A stretch of 46,742 nucleotides of DNA from an uncultured Bacilli bacterium (GTDB lineage Bacteria; Bacillota_I; Bacilli_A; RF39; UBA660): assembly GCA_947631205.1 (NCBI GenBank), contig CANRKL010000002.1, forward strand, positions 1 through 46,742, given 5' to 3'. Below, piece by piece: positions 38,106 to 46,742 of this stretch (the stretch's first letter is position 1; each line of letters opens with the position of its first letter). The translations under genes and the position numbers were made by a program. Below the pieces are notes generated by a model, which worked only from the letters and a program-made list of their open reading frames with translations, was not told where the DNA came from and made no database searches.

Positions 38106-39331
38106 TGACTTTATGGGAAGATTTTGAATATCGTGGTTTAATAAAAGATATTTCTAGTCCTAATTTAAAAGATATATTAAATAATGAAAAAATAACTTTT
38201 TATTGGGGAACTGACCCATCTGCAGATAGTTTGCATTTGGGACATTATAGTTCTTTAGTAACAGCTAAGAGATTAGCTAGTTATGGACATAAGCCTATTT
38301 TATTGGTTGGAGGTTCAACAGGACTAATTGGGGACCCAAGACCAACAGCTGAAAGAGAAATAATCTCTTATGAAACTTTGAATCATAATTTAGAGGGAAT
38401 AAGAAAACAAATAGAAAAAATATTTGATAATAAAGCTTTAGTAGTTAATAATTATGAATGGACTAAAGATATTAGTTTTTTAGATTTTTTAAGAGATTAT
38501 GGAAAATATATTAATGTTAATTATATGTTAGATAAAGATATAATTAGAAGAAGATTAGAAACAGGTATCACTTATGCGGAGTTTTCTTATACATTGCTCC
38601 AAGGTTATGATTTTCTTCATTTATTTCAAAATAATAATTGTATATTACAAGTTGAGGGTTCTGACCAATGGGGAAATATTACAACGGGAATTGAATTAAT
38701 TAAGAAAATTTTAGGAAAAGAAGCATATGGTTTTACTATGCCTTTAATATTAGATTCTAATGGTAAAAAGTTTGGTAAAAGTGAGGGTAATGCTTTATGG
38801 TTAGACCTTAATAAAACATCTTCTTATGCTTTATATCAATATTTAATTAATACTGATGATAAAATGGTTATTGATTATTTAAAAGTGTTTACTTTTTTAA
38901 CAAAAGAAGAAATAGAATCTATTAAAGAAGAACATGAAAAATATCCTGAAAAAAGACTTGCTCAAGAAACATTAGCCAGAGAAATAATTACAGATATTCA
39001 TGGAAAAGAAGAATATCTTCATGCTTCATCTTTATCCAAAGTTTTATTTACAGGAGAAGTTAATAATTTAACTGATGAAGAAATAGAAATGATTTTTAAA
39101 GGAGTTCCAACGTTTACGATAGAAGAAGATAAGTCTTTATTAGATACTTTAGTAGATTTTAAAATAGCTTCATCTAAAAGAGAAGCTAGAGAATTTTTAG
39201 CTAATAATGCAATTAGTTTAAATGGAAATACTATTAATGATGGAGATTATCTTTTGACTAATAAAAGAACTTATCATATTATTAGAAGAGGAAAGAAAAA
39301 ATATTTTCTTGTAAAAACAGCTAGAGATTAG
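38105..39331 (+). CDS. tyrS: tyrosine--tRNA ligase
   Basis: HIGH-type motif SLHLGH, KMSKS-type KFGKS, GSDQWGNI, and a C-terminal S4-like domain. Confidence 0.93.
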   Translation: MTLWEDFEYRGLIKDISSPNLKDILNNEKITFYWGTDPSADSLHLGHYSSLVTAKRLASYGHKPILLVGGSTGLIGDPRPTAEREIISYETLNHNLEGIRKQIEKIFDNKALVVNNYEWTKDISFLDFLRDYGKYINVNYMLDKDIIRRRLETGITYAEFSYTLLQGYDFLHLFQNNNCILQVEGSDQWGNITTGIELIKKILGKEAYGFTMPLILDSNGKKFGKSEGNALWLDLNKTSSYALYQYLINTDDKMVIDYLKVFTFLTKEEIESIKEEHEKYPEKRLAQETLAREIITDIHGKEEYLHASSLSKVLFTGEVNNLTDEEIEMIFKGVPTFTIEEDKSLLDTLVDFKIASSKREAREFLANNAISLNGNTINDGDYLLTNKRTYHIIRRGKKKYFLVKTARD

Positions 39332-39360
39332 TTGTTTTTTTTGTGTGAATTCGATATAAT
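39332..39360 (+). promoter_or_regulatory. candidate sigma-A promoter for ftsA (TTGTTT-17-TATAAT)
   Basis: TTGTTT at 39332-39337, a 17-nt spacer, and TATAAT at 39355-39360. Confidence 0.45.
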
Positions 39361-39386
39361 GTTATTTAAGAAAATAAGGTGGCTAT

Positions 39387-40628
39387 ATGAGAAAAATTTT
39401 TGCTTGTTTAGATTTAGGTAGTGATATGTTAAAATTAGTAGTTGGAGAAAGTTTTAAAGGAAAGATTAATATTTTAGCTTCAGTTTCTAATGAATCAAAG
39501 GGAATCAAAGAGGGATTTATTGATGATGCCCAAGTCTTAATGCCTAAAATCAAAGAATTATTTAAAAAAGCCGAAGAAATTCTTGGCATATCTATAACCA
39601 AAGTGATTTTAAGTATACCATCTTTAAATGTTAAGTTTCATATGAATGAAGGTTATTCAACAATTTATAAAGAAGAAACAACAATAAGTAATGAAGATTT
39701 AATAAGAGCAATGCAAGCATCTTCATATAATCAAATAGATGATAATGAAGAGTTAGCATCGATTATGCCAATATCTTTTAAAGTTGATGAAGAAGTAGTT
39801 TCTTATCCTGTTGGTAAGGTCGGAAAAAAGTGTAGTGTCAAAACAATATTTACAACTGTTCCTAAAAAAAATGTTATTCCTTTTATTAAAGTTTTACAAA
39901 AATTAGGAATTGAAGTTATTGATACAACTTTTGGAGCAATTGGTGATTATTATGAATTAAAATCTAAGAAAAATGATGAAGAAGTAGGGGCTATTATAAA
40001 TATTGGATATGATATAACTGAGGTTTCCATCTTTAATAAAGGGGTTTTAACTAATATAAAGCCTTTAAATATTGGAGCTAAAGATATTGAACATGATTTG
40101 TGTTATATTTATAAAATTACTAATCGTGAAGCAAGAAATTTACGAATGAATTTTTGTTTAGCTCATGGTAGAGGTTCTAGTACTACTTTGAAAAGAACAT
40201 TTACTAATAAATTAGGAGAAGAACTTAGTTTGAGTGAGTATGAAGTAACATCAGTTGCCTCATCAAGACTTTCTGAAATACTTAAATTAGCAAAAAAAGA
40301 AATAAATCACTTAACAAAAAAGGAAATTCATTATATAATAATCACAGGTGGAGTAAGCGAAATGACGAATTTTAACTATTTAGTTGAAGAAGTCTTTGGT
40401 CATTTAGCTAAAATTGGTGTAACCAAAGAAATAGGGGTACGCGACAATATGTATTCTGCCACGGTAGGACTTATAAAGTATTACTTAGATAAATTAAAAT
40501 TAAGAAATCAAGAATATTCAATATTAAGTGATGAAGATTTAGAAGATTTAAGTGGAATTGGCCGAAAGATTAGTATTAATGAAAATTCATTATTAGGAAA
40601 ATTATTTGGTTATTTCTTTGATAATTAA
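39387..40628 (+). CDS. ftsA: cell division protein FtsA
   Basis: 413 aa. Actin-fold motifs ([38 protein letters not shown]). C-terminal amphipathic [10 protein letters not shown]. Lies directly upstream of ftsZ. Confidence 0.9.
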   Translation: MRKIFACLDLGSDMLKLVVGESFKGKINILASVSNESKGIKEGFIDDAQVLMPKIKELFKKAEEILGISITKVILSIPSLNVKFHMNEGYSTIYKEETTISNEDLIRAMQASSYNQIDDNEELASIMPISFKVDEEVVSYPVGKVGKKCSVKTIFTTVPKKNVIPFIKVLQKLGIEVIDTTFGAIGDYYELKSKKNDEEVGAIINIGYDITEVSIFNKGVLTNIKPLNIGAKDIEHDLCYIYKITNREARNLRMNFCLAHGRGSSTTLKRTFTNKLGEELSLSEYEVTSVASSRLSEILKLAKKEINHLTKKEIHYIIITGGVSEMTNFNYLVEEVFGHLAKIGVTKEIGVRDNMYSATVGLIKYYLDKLKLRNQEYSILSDEDLEDLSGIGRKISINENSLLGKLFGYFFDN

Positions 40629-40639
40629 GGAGGATAAAG

Positions 40640-41701
40640 ATGGAAAATTTAAAAATCGACCCGATTGCAAAAATTAAGGTTTTTGGTGTTGGTGGTGGCG
40701 GCAACAATGCTGTAAATAGAATGATTGAAGAAGGAGTCCAAGGTGTTGAATTTTATGTTTTGAATACTGATTTACAAGTATTAAATGCTTCGAAAGCTAA
40801 AAATAAGATTCAAATTGGTAAAACAATTACTAATGGACGTGGAGCAGGTTCTAATCCAGAAGTAGGAAGAGAATCAGCTTTAGAAAGTAAAAAAGAAATA
40901 GAAGAAGCTGTTAAGGGTGCAGATATGGTATTTGTAGCTGCTGGATTAGGTGGCGGGACAGGTACAGGGGCTGCTCCAATTATTGCTGAAATAGCTCAAG
41001 CTTCTGGGGCTTTAACAGTTGGTATTGTAACTAAACCTTTCCGTTTTGAAGGAAAAAGAAGAATGGAATATGCTTTAGTAGGTTTAGAAGAATTAAAAAA
41101 ACATGTGGACACTTTAATTGTTATTCCTAATGACAGATTAAGAGATATTATAGATAAACAAACAACATTTGAAGAAGCATTTAAAGAAGTAGATAATGTT
41201 TTACACCGTGGTGTTCAATCTATTTCTGATTTAATTGCTGTTACAGGAATTGTAAACTTAGACTTTGCTGATATTAAAACTGTTATGGAAAAATCAGGAA
41301 CAGCTTTAATTGGTATTGGAATGGGTGTAGGAGATAATAGAGCTGTAGAAGCTGCTCGTCAAGCCGTATCAAGTGCTTTACTTGAAACAACAATTGATGG
41401 TGCGACTGATGCGATTATCAATATTACTGGTGGTGACTCACTAACCTTATTTGAAATAGAAGATGCTGTAGAAACAGTTAGAGAAGCCGCGAATTCTGAT
41501 ATAAATATTATATTTGGAGCAATTCCTAATAGTAACTTAACTGATGAAGTAATTGTTACTGTTATTGCTACAGGATTTGATGGTAAAAATAAAGAATTAG
41601 AAGAAGATGAAGATGATGGGGATTTACCAAAAAGAAGAGTAATAGATGATGTTGATAATGATTATGATATTCCATCTTTTCTAAGAAGTAAAGATTATTA
41701 A
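40640..41701 (+). CDS. ftsZ: cell division GTPase FtsZ
   Basis: [13 protein letters not shown], tubulin signature [18 protein letters not shown], and C-terminal DIPSFLR. Confidence 0.97.
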   Translation: MENLKIDPIAKIKVFGVGGGGNNAVNRMIEEGVQGVEFYVLNTDLQVLNASKAKNKIQIGKTITNGRGAGSNPEVGRESALESKKEIEEAVKGADMVFVAAGLGGGTGTGAAPIIAEIAQASGALTVGIVTKPFRFEGKRRMEYALVGLEELKKHVDTLIVIPNDRLRDIIDKQTTFEEAFKEVDNVLHRGVQSISDLIAVTGIVNLDFADIKTVMEKSGTALIGIGMGVGDNRAVEAARQAVSSALLETTIDGATDAIINITGGDSLTLFEIEDAVETVREAANSDINIIFGAIPNSNLTDEVIVTVIATGFDGKNKELEEDEDDGDLPKRRVIDDVDNDYDIPSFLRSKDY

Positions 41702-41715
41702 ATTTAGGGTGCAGT

Positions 41716-42558
41716 ATGGAAAAAGAAAAAAAGAATAATTTAGTGGTTATTTTATTAGTAATTTTTGTAATGATATCAACTTTATTAGCAGGATATATTC
41801 TATATGATAAATTTTTAGATAAAGATAAACAAGAAAATTTAAATAATAATCCTACTACTAATCCTAATGAAAATATGGATACTAATGAAAGTGAAGTTCA
41901 AGAAAATAAAATGGTTTCTAAAATAAATGATAATAAATATTGGGTTTATCAAGCTAATTATCCTAAAGATGTTAAAGCAGATTATTATATTTTAGGGACT
42001 AATGTTTATTATGCTAAGGATATAAAAGCTCCTTATATAAACGTTAATTCTAATTATGCTAAAGAAGCTAATGATGAAATAAAAAAGGCTTATGATGAAG
42101 CTCTTCAAGTATATAACCAAGGTGTTGAAAATAAAACTGATTTTGTTGAAATTTGTGATTATGAAACTTTTATTGATAATGATATTCTATCTTTAGCTTA
42201 TGAACTTAAATTTGGAGCAACTGCTGTTACGAATCCCGATTATTATACTTATAATATTGATTTAAAAACAGGAAATAAACTATCTTATAAAGATATATAT
42301 ACAAAACTTGGTTTTACGGAAAATACTATAAATACTAAAGCTAAGGAAAAAATAAAAGAAGAATTAGATGAAATGTATCAAGATGCTCATTTTGATTCAT
42401 TTGATTCTTATTATAATGAAAGTGTTAAAAACTATGAAGAAAGTGTTGCTAATAATACAATAAAATATTTTATTGATGAAGGTGAATTAGAAGTAGTAGT
42501 TACAATTTTTGCTCCGTTTGAAATGCAATATTTTATTAGAACTATTGAAATAGATTAG
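41716..42558 (+). CDS. membrane-anchored protein, DUF3298/DUF4163-like (RsiV/PdaC-type) ectodomain
   Basis: 280 aa. One N-terminal TM helix and an Asn/Pro-rich linker. The block YTYNIDLKTGNKLSYKDIY resembles the DUF3298 core. Confidence 0.45.
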   Translation: MEKEKKNNLVVILLVIFVMISTLLAGYILYDKFLDKDKQENLNNNPTTNPNENMDTNESEVQENKMVSKINDNKYWVYQANYPKDVKADYYILGTNVYYAKDIKAPYINVNSNYAKEANDEIKKAYDEALQVYNQGVENKTDFVEICDYETFIDNDILSLAYELKFGATAVTNPDYYTYNIDLKTGNKLSYKDIYTKLGFTENTINTKAKEKIKEELDEMYQDAHFDSFDSYYNESVKNYEESVANNTIKYFIDEGELEVVVTIFAPFEMQYFIRTIEID

Positions 42559-42580
42559 ACTTTGTAAGTCTTTTTTATTT
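42557..42580 (+). terminator. rho-independent terminator after the ftsAZ-DUF3298 unit
   Basis: AGACTT-TGT-AAGTCT stem-loop followed by a T-rich run. The stem overlaps the TAG stop. Confidence 0.65.
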
Positions 42581-42600
42581 TTTTTAACTTTTTTTTATAA

Positions 42601-42634
42601 TTCGACAAAATAAGAAGATAAAATGTTGTATATT
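42601..42634 (+). promoter_or_regulatory. candidate Spo0A-dependent spoIIG-type promoter (0A box TTCGACA, 21-nt spacer, TATATT)
   Basis: TTCGACA (42601-42607) is the exact complement of the 0A-box consensus TGTCGAA and doubles as a -35-like TCGACA. TATATT lies at 42629-42634. The over-long spacer mirrors the B. subtilis spoIIG promoter. Confidence 0.5.
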
Positions 42635-42650
42635 TTAAAAGGGTGAAGAA

Positions 42651-43442
42651 ATGACTATATATTTAGATGCCCTTTTTTTTCTTAATTTCTATTTCGACTT
42701 TCTTTTATTATTGACTTTAAGTGTTACCTTAAAAAGGAACGCTAGAATTACTCGCATTACTCTCAGTAGTTTAATCGGGTCTCTATCAATATTAGTCTTA
42801 TTCTTCCCCCTTAATAATTTTTGGTTATTTATTTTTAAAATTGTCTTAGCCATTATTATGAATATTGTAGCTTTTGGTCTTAAAGATAAAAAATATACAA
42901 TAGAAAACATTAGTTATTTTTATATGATAAGTACCATTTTAGGAGGATTTTTATATTACCTTAACTTAAGTATGAATGAACAATTTAATGGATTTGTTTT
43001 TGTCTATGAAGATTTTTCATACAACTATGCTTTTTTACTTATTCTATCCCCACTTATTTTACTTTTATATATCAAACAAAGAAAAACATTTAGAGAATAT
43101 CAAAATATTATTCCTCTTGAAATAAAGTTTAAAAGTGGAGAAATTATTAAGATTAATGGATTTTTAGATACAGGTAATAGATTAATTGACCCAGTTAGTA
43201 AAAAGAAAATAATTTTAATAAATAAAAAAAAGATAGAGCATATTAAAGATAAAAAATATTTATATGTACCATATAATTCTTTAAATCATCATGGATTAAT
43301 AGAATGCTTAAGAATTGAATATATTATTATTAAAGATGTAAAGTGTAAAAATTATTTAATTGGGATAAGTACGGATAATTTACTTAAAAATGGAATAGAT
43401 TGTGTTTTAAATGCTTATTGTTTGGAGGAGATAAAATGTTAA
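42651..43442 (+). CDS. spoIIGA: sigma-E processing peptidase SpoIIGA
   Basis: 263 aa. Five N-terminal TM helices. C-terminal aspartic-protease motif GFLDTGNRLIDPVS. Immediately upstream of sigE. Confidence 0.88.
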   Translation: MTIYLDALFFLNFYFDFLLLLTLSVTLKRNARITRITLSSLIGSLSILVLFFPLNNFWLFIFKIVLAIIMNIVAFGLKDKKYTIENISYFYMISTILGGFLYYLNLSMNEQFNGFVFVYEDFSYNYAFLLILSPLILLLYIKQRKTFREYQNIIPLEIKFKSGEIIKINGFLDTGNRLIDPVSKKKIILINKKKIEHIKDKKYLYVPYNSLNHHGLIECLRIEYIIIKDVKCKNYLIGISTDNLLKNGIDCVLNAYCLEEIKC

Positions 43443-44122
43443 AAAAGATTATTAATTGGTTAAAAGCTAAGTATAATGAATGTTTTTTTATAGGTAGTAC
43501 CGATAAATTACCACCACCTTTACCTAAAGAAGAAGAATTATCACTACTAATTGAATCTAAAAAAGGGAATATGGAAGCAAAAAATAAACTTATTGAACAT
43601 AATTTAAGATTAGTGGTTTTTTTAGCTAAAAAATATGAAAGTACTGGTTATGAATTAGAAGATTTAGTAAGTATTGGGTCTATTGGCTTAATTAAAGGAA
43701 TAGAAACATATAAGATTGATAAAAATATTAAATTAGCAACTTATGCTTCAAGATGTATTGCTAATGAAATATTAATGTTTTTAAGAAAAAATAAAAAAAG
43801 AAAGAAAGAAATATCTTTAGAAGACAGTTTAAATTATGATGCTGAGGGAAATGAACTTCGGCTAGAAGATGTCATTGGAACTGATATAGATTTAGTAAGC
43901 GATGCTTTTGAAAGTAAACAAGAAAAAAAATTTATAGCTAGTGAATTAAATAAGTTAAATCCACGAGAAAAACAAATAATGATTTTAAGATATGGCTTAA
44001 ATAATACAGAATCTTATACTCAAAAAGAAGTAGCTGATATGTTAGGAATAAGTCAATCTTATATATCAAGAATTGAAAAAAAAGTAATTAAAAATTTAAA
44101 AGAGTTAGTGGAAATGGATTGA
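43436..44122 (+). CDS. sigE: sporulation sigma factor SigE (pro-sigma-E)
   Basis: ATG 43436 follows GGAGGAG. Pro-sequence then FIGSTDKLPPPLPKEEE. NLRLVVFLAKKY, DLVSIGSIGLIKGIETY, KLATYASRCIANEILMFLRK. Region 4 TQKEVADMLGISQSYISRIEKK. Confidence 0.93.
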   Translation: MLKKIINWLKAKYNECFFIGSTDKLPPPLPKEEELSLLIESKKGNMEAKNKLIEHNLRLVVFLAKKYESTGYELEDLVSIGSIGLIKGIETYKIDKNIKLATYASRCIANEILMFLRKNKKRKKEISLEDSLNYDAEGNELRLEDVIGTDIDLVSDAFESKQEKKFIASELNKLNPREKQIMILRYGLNNTESYTQKEVADMLGISQSYISRIEKKVIKNLKELVEMD

Positions 44123-44158
44123 AAAATAAAGTATTATTTCGTAAAATGGTAAAAGGAA

Positions 44159-44863
44159 GTGGTAAATTTGCAAAAAGACCGTTTTATGTTAATAATGCTT
44201 TTATTTATTTTATTTATAATTGGTGGAATTATGCTTATTAGTTTTATTAAAGTAGAAAAAAAAGAGATTACTAAGAGTGATTCAATTAAAATCAAAGAAA
44301 GTTTTGAAAAATTAAATAATCAAACTAATGAAGCTAATAATCGAATTTATCCTTATGTATCCTTAGAAAATAATAATCCCTATATTTATTTAAATGATGA
44401 AGATGTTTCCAGGGAACTTCAAAAAGAAAATATAATAATTTTACTAGGTGATGAAAGTGATGCTTATACTAGAAGTTTAATGCCTATTTTAACTGATGTT
44501 TTAAATAGTTTAAATATTAGTGAAGTATATTATTTAAATGTTAATTATATTAGAGAAGAATTAGGATTTGATGACCAAGATAATGTTATTGTAAAAAAAG
44601 AAGGTAGTAGAGGCTACTATGCTATTTTAAATGATTTAGAAGATTTTTTAGAACCATATTATGTCAAAAACAATGAAGGTAAATTAGAAGATACTAAACA
44701 TAAAATTATTAAATCTCCAACTTTAATTGTTAAGAAAAATAATAATTATTTTTTACATATTGGAACTATTAATACGCAATTGTCAGGTTATGATAAACTA
44801 ACAACTAGAGAAATCGAAAAAATAACAGAAAACTTAACAAATATATTAAGTGGAATAAATTAG
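44159..44863 (+). CDS. hypothetical membrane-anchored protein, possibly thioredoxin-fold without CxxC
   Basis: 234 aa with one N-terminal TM helix. IIILLGDESDAYTRSLMP sits where a WCxxC would be, and SPTLIVKKNNNYF resembles the cis-Pro/beta region of thioredoxin-like proteins. Weak call. Confidence 0.35.
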   Translation: MVNLQKDRFMLIMLLFILFIIGGIMLISFIKVEKKEITKSDSIKIKESFEKLNNQTNEANNRIYPYVSLENNNPYIYLNDEDVSRELQKENIIILLGDESDAYTRSLMPILTDVLNSLNISEVYYLNVNYIREELGFDDQDNVIVKKEGSRGYYAILNDLEDFLEPYYVKNNEGKLEDTKHKIIKSPTLIVKKNNNYFLHIGTINTQLSGYDKLTTREIEKITENLTNILSGIN

Positions 44864-44887
44864 AAGATTTGATACTCATAAAATTAT

Positions 44888-44916
44888 TTGACAAAAGTCT
44901 TTAGAACTGTTAATAT
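44888..44916 (+). promoter_or_regulatory. sigma-A type promoter for gpsB (TTGACA-17-TAATAT)
   Basis: Perfect TTGACA at 44888-44893, a 17-nt spacer, and TAATAT at 44911-44916. Confidence 0.55.
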
Positions 44917-44936
44917 TTTAATGAGGATGTGATTGT

Positions 44937-45257
44937 GTGATAAATGAAAGAATTGTTTTAACTCCAGAAGATATCTATGAAAAAGAGTTTAAAATTGATG
45001 CTAGAGGTTATCGACCTCAAGAAGTAGATAATTTTCTTGATTTAGTTATCAAAGATTATGGTGAATTTATTAAAATAATTCATGCTTATGAAAAAGAATA
45101 TCAAACAATAACTAAAGAAAATAGAGAATTAAAGTCACAGTTGCGTCAATTAGAAAATAAGTTAGAAGAAGAATCATCTTCTAGTAGTGGAAGTAATAAT
45201 GTTGACATCTTAAGAAGATTAAGTCAATTAGAAAAAATAGTTTATAGTAGAGAATAA
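44937..45257 (+). CDS. gpsB: DivIVA-domain cell-cycle protein GpsB
   Basis: 106 aa, GTG start after GAGGATG. N-terminal LTPEDIYEKEFKIDARGYRPQEVDNFLDLVIKDY (DivIVA/GpsB lipid-binding domain), a coiled coil, and C-terminal DILRRLSQLEK. Confidence 0.85.
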   Translation: MINERIVLTPEDIYEKEFKIDARGYRPQEVDNFLDLVIKDYGEFIKIIHAYEKEYQTITKENRELKSQLRQLENKLEEESSSSSGSNNVDILRRLSQLEKIVYSRE

Positions 45258-45612
45258 TAACTGGACAAATGCTGCGTGCTAGTCACGTTGAGGAAAGTCC
45301 TTGCTCGCACAGCCTGAGATGGTTGTAGTGTTTGTGCATAGGGAAAAAATAACCTATGGGTCTTTTTTAAGATACGGATTTGAAATAACCTGTCAAATGG
45401 TTAAAGTAGATATAAAAGTGCCAAAGTGACGAACAAAAGGGAAACCTTGGAAGTGGAACGTGGTAAACCCCACAAGCGAGAAACCCAAATTATGGTAGGG
45501 GAGCTATTATTTTGGAATCAAACAAAATAATGGACCTTTTTGTAATAAAAAGGTAGATAAATATTTGTCGCGTATTAATACGTACAGAACAAGGCTTATA
45601 AGTTATTATTTT
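45253..45612 (+). ncRNA. rnpB: RNase P RNA (type B, Bacillota)
   Basis: Universal GAGGAAAGTCC at 45290-45300. The blocks TGCTCGCAC..CTGAGATG..GTAGTGT, AAAGTGCCAAAGTGACGAA and GGAACGTGGTAAACCCCACAAGCGAGAAACCCAAAT..GGTAGGGGA align to the B. subtilis rnpB sequence as I remember it. ACAGAACAAGGCTTA lies near the 3' end. P1 helix 45253-45262 / 45601-45610 is 10 perfect bp. Ends are good to about 10 nt. Confidence 0.9.
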
Positions 45613-45635
45613 TATTAAAATAAGGAGTGATATGC

Positions 45636-46067
45636 TTGTTTAGTATAGGTAGAGATTTACAAGAAGCTAGAGCCTCAAGTGGTCTTTCAATAGAAGAAGT
45701 CTCCCACGATTTAAATATTAAAGATGTTGTTTTAGAAAACATTGAAGCTGGAAATATTGGTGGATTTAAAGATATATTTGAATTAAAAGCTTGGATTTTA
45801 TCCTATGCCAAATATTTAGGATTAAATGAACAACATATTATTGATAAATTTAATGAATATATGTTTGAATATACTTCAAAAATTCCTGTTAAAGAGATTG
45901 AAAAAAAAGTAATGGAACATAACAAAGAAAAAACTGTAGAAAAAGTAGTTTCTCCATATACTAATCCTACTGTGAAAAGTTTTCCTAAAAGTTATATTTT
46001 AATTTATGTTCTATTAATATTAGTGGTTATTATAATTATAATATGGAGTATCAATCAAGTTGCATAG
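45636..46067 (+). CDS. rodZ: RodZ-like cytoskeleton/HTH membrane protein (short form)
   Basis: N-terminal XRE-type HTH (IGRDLQEARASSGLSIEEVSHDLNIKDVVLENIE) and a C-terminal TM helix. Position upstream of pgsA matches B. subtilis ymfM-pgsA. TTG 45636, 8 nt after AAGGAG, is preferred over GTG 45627, which overlaps the SD. Confidence 0.7.
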   Translation: MFSIGRDLQEARASSGLSIEEVSHDLNIKDVVLENIEAGNIGGFKDIFELKAWILSYAKYLGLNEQHIIDKFNEYMFEYTSKIPVKEIEKKVMEHNKEKTVEKVVSPYTNPTVKSFPKSYILIYVLLILVVIIIIIWSINQVA

Positions 46068-46070
46068 GAG

Positions 46071-46670
46071 GTGCTTATGAATACAGCAAATAAACTAACA
46101 ATTACTAGAATAGTTATGGCTATTTTTATCATGATTTTTTTAATGATACCTTGGGAACAATTTGGTCTTTCTTTTCCAACATTTATTATGTCAGGAAAAA
46201 TATTAATTGATACAAGATATTTAGCTGTTGGTGCAATATTTTTAATAGCTTGTATAACTGACTTTTTAGATGGCTATATTGCTAGAAAAGAAAAGAGTGT
46301 AAGTGATTTTGGAGCTTGTTTGGATGCCATAGCAGATAAATTATTAGTAAATGGCTTATTAGTTATCTTAGCTTATAATGGATTTATTTCAGTAGTTGTA
46401 CCAGTAATAATTATAACTAGAGATATAGTTGTTGATGCTTTAAGAATGTTAAGTGCTAAAGAAGGAGTAATAGTTAAAGCTAATAATTTAGGAAAAGTTA
46501 AAACTATTTTAATGATGGTTGGATTAACGTTGTTACTATTTTATAATGTACCTTTTGAGTTATGGAATATAAAATTAGATATTATTTTGATATATTTAGC
46601 AACTATGATGTCAGTTGTATCAGGAACTGTTTATTATTTTGAAATATCTAAGAAAATAAGTATTAAATAG
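46071..46670 (+). CDS. pgsA: CDP-diacylglycerol--glycerol-3-phosphate 3-phosphatidyltransferase
   Basis: CDP-alcohol phosphatidyltransferase motif DFLDGYIARK...G..LDAIADK. Several TM helices. Confidence 0.9.
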   Translation: MLMNTANKLTITRIVMAIFIMIFLMIPWEQFGLSFPTFIMSGKILIDTRYLAVGAIFLIACITDFLDGYIARKEKSVSDFGACLDAIADKLLVNGLLVILAYNGFISVVVPVIIITRDIVVDALRMLSAKEGVIVKANNLGKVKTILMMVGLTLLLFYNVPFELWNIKLDIILIYLATMMSVVSGTVYYFEISKKISIK

Positions 46671-46696
46671 GTGAAGAAAATTCACTTATTTTTTTA

Positions 46697-46710
46697 TTCG
46701 ACAAAATAAG
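46697..46710 (+). promoter_or_regulatory. second perfect 0A-box-containing 14-mer (TTCGACAAAATAAG), identical to 42601-42614
   Basis: Exact 14-nt identity with the spoIIGA upstream element. In both places it is preceded by a T-run ending ...TTTTTTAT. The downstream gene lies outside the window. Confidence 0.35.
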
Positions 46711-46742
46711 CTAAAATATACCTCTTGTCTAATATCAAAACT

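Noticed and set aside
39332-39386. A sigma-H type promoter (GAAT -10) upstream of ftsA, at GTGTGAATTCG.
   Set aside because: The matching -35 (AGGA-type) is imperfect (AGAGATT). The sigma-A reading TTGTTT-17-TATAAT explains the region at least as well.

Overview
46.7-kb chromosomal segment from a very AT-rich, endospore-forming Bacillota. Evidence for that placement: spoIIGA-sigE, a BclA-like collagen protein, a YetF/DUF421 protein, and the Bacillus-like syntenies gpsB-rnpB and rodZ-pgsA. I cannot place the species. All calls rest on reading the supplied ORF translations and the DNA by eye; no searches were run. Most of the window is plus-strand housekeeping: secreted nuclease, corA, DUF1848, addBA, SDR, ynbB-like, two pseudouridine synthases, small alarmone synthetase, recG, cyclophilin, gltX, rfbA/rfbD, srtB, tyrS, ftsAZ, spoIIGA-sigE, gpsB, RNase P RNA, rodZ-like and pgsA. 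A minus-strand block at 12.3-19.5 kb breaks this pattern. It holds a gltD-like oxidoreductase, yetF-like gene, collagen-like exosporium-type protein, a plus-strand tRNA-Gly(GCC), a decayed YhcG/DUF1016 nuclease remnant, an orphan 318-aa gene, and two tandem, translationally coupled SigA-like sigma factors. Each sigma carries an extra region-4-like C-terminal module. I consider two loci the best candidates for undescribed biology. The first is the double-sigma plus orphan module at 16.1-19.5 kb. The second is a Dlt-like envelope esterification cassette at 28.2-33.9 kb in which the DltA ligase is replaced by an FkbH-type loader (FkbH-like HAD-IIIC, ACP, MBOAT, two DltD-like paralogs). One of those paralogs carries a TGG->TGA truncation and sits behind a G7 tract. 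Smaller observations are two similarly built small-RNA-like elements flanking recG, an isolated Fic gene behind 3 x 11-bp repeats, and perfect Spo0A boxes upstream of spoIIGA and at the window end. A tyrS gene is translationally coupled to sortase B and membrane genes with no T-box. No CRISPR array, integrase, transposase or rRNA was seen.
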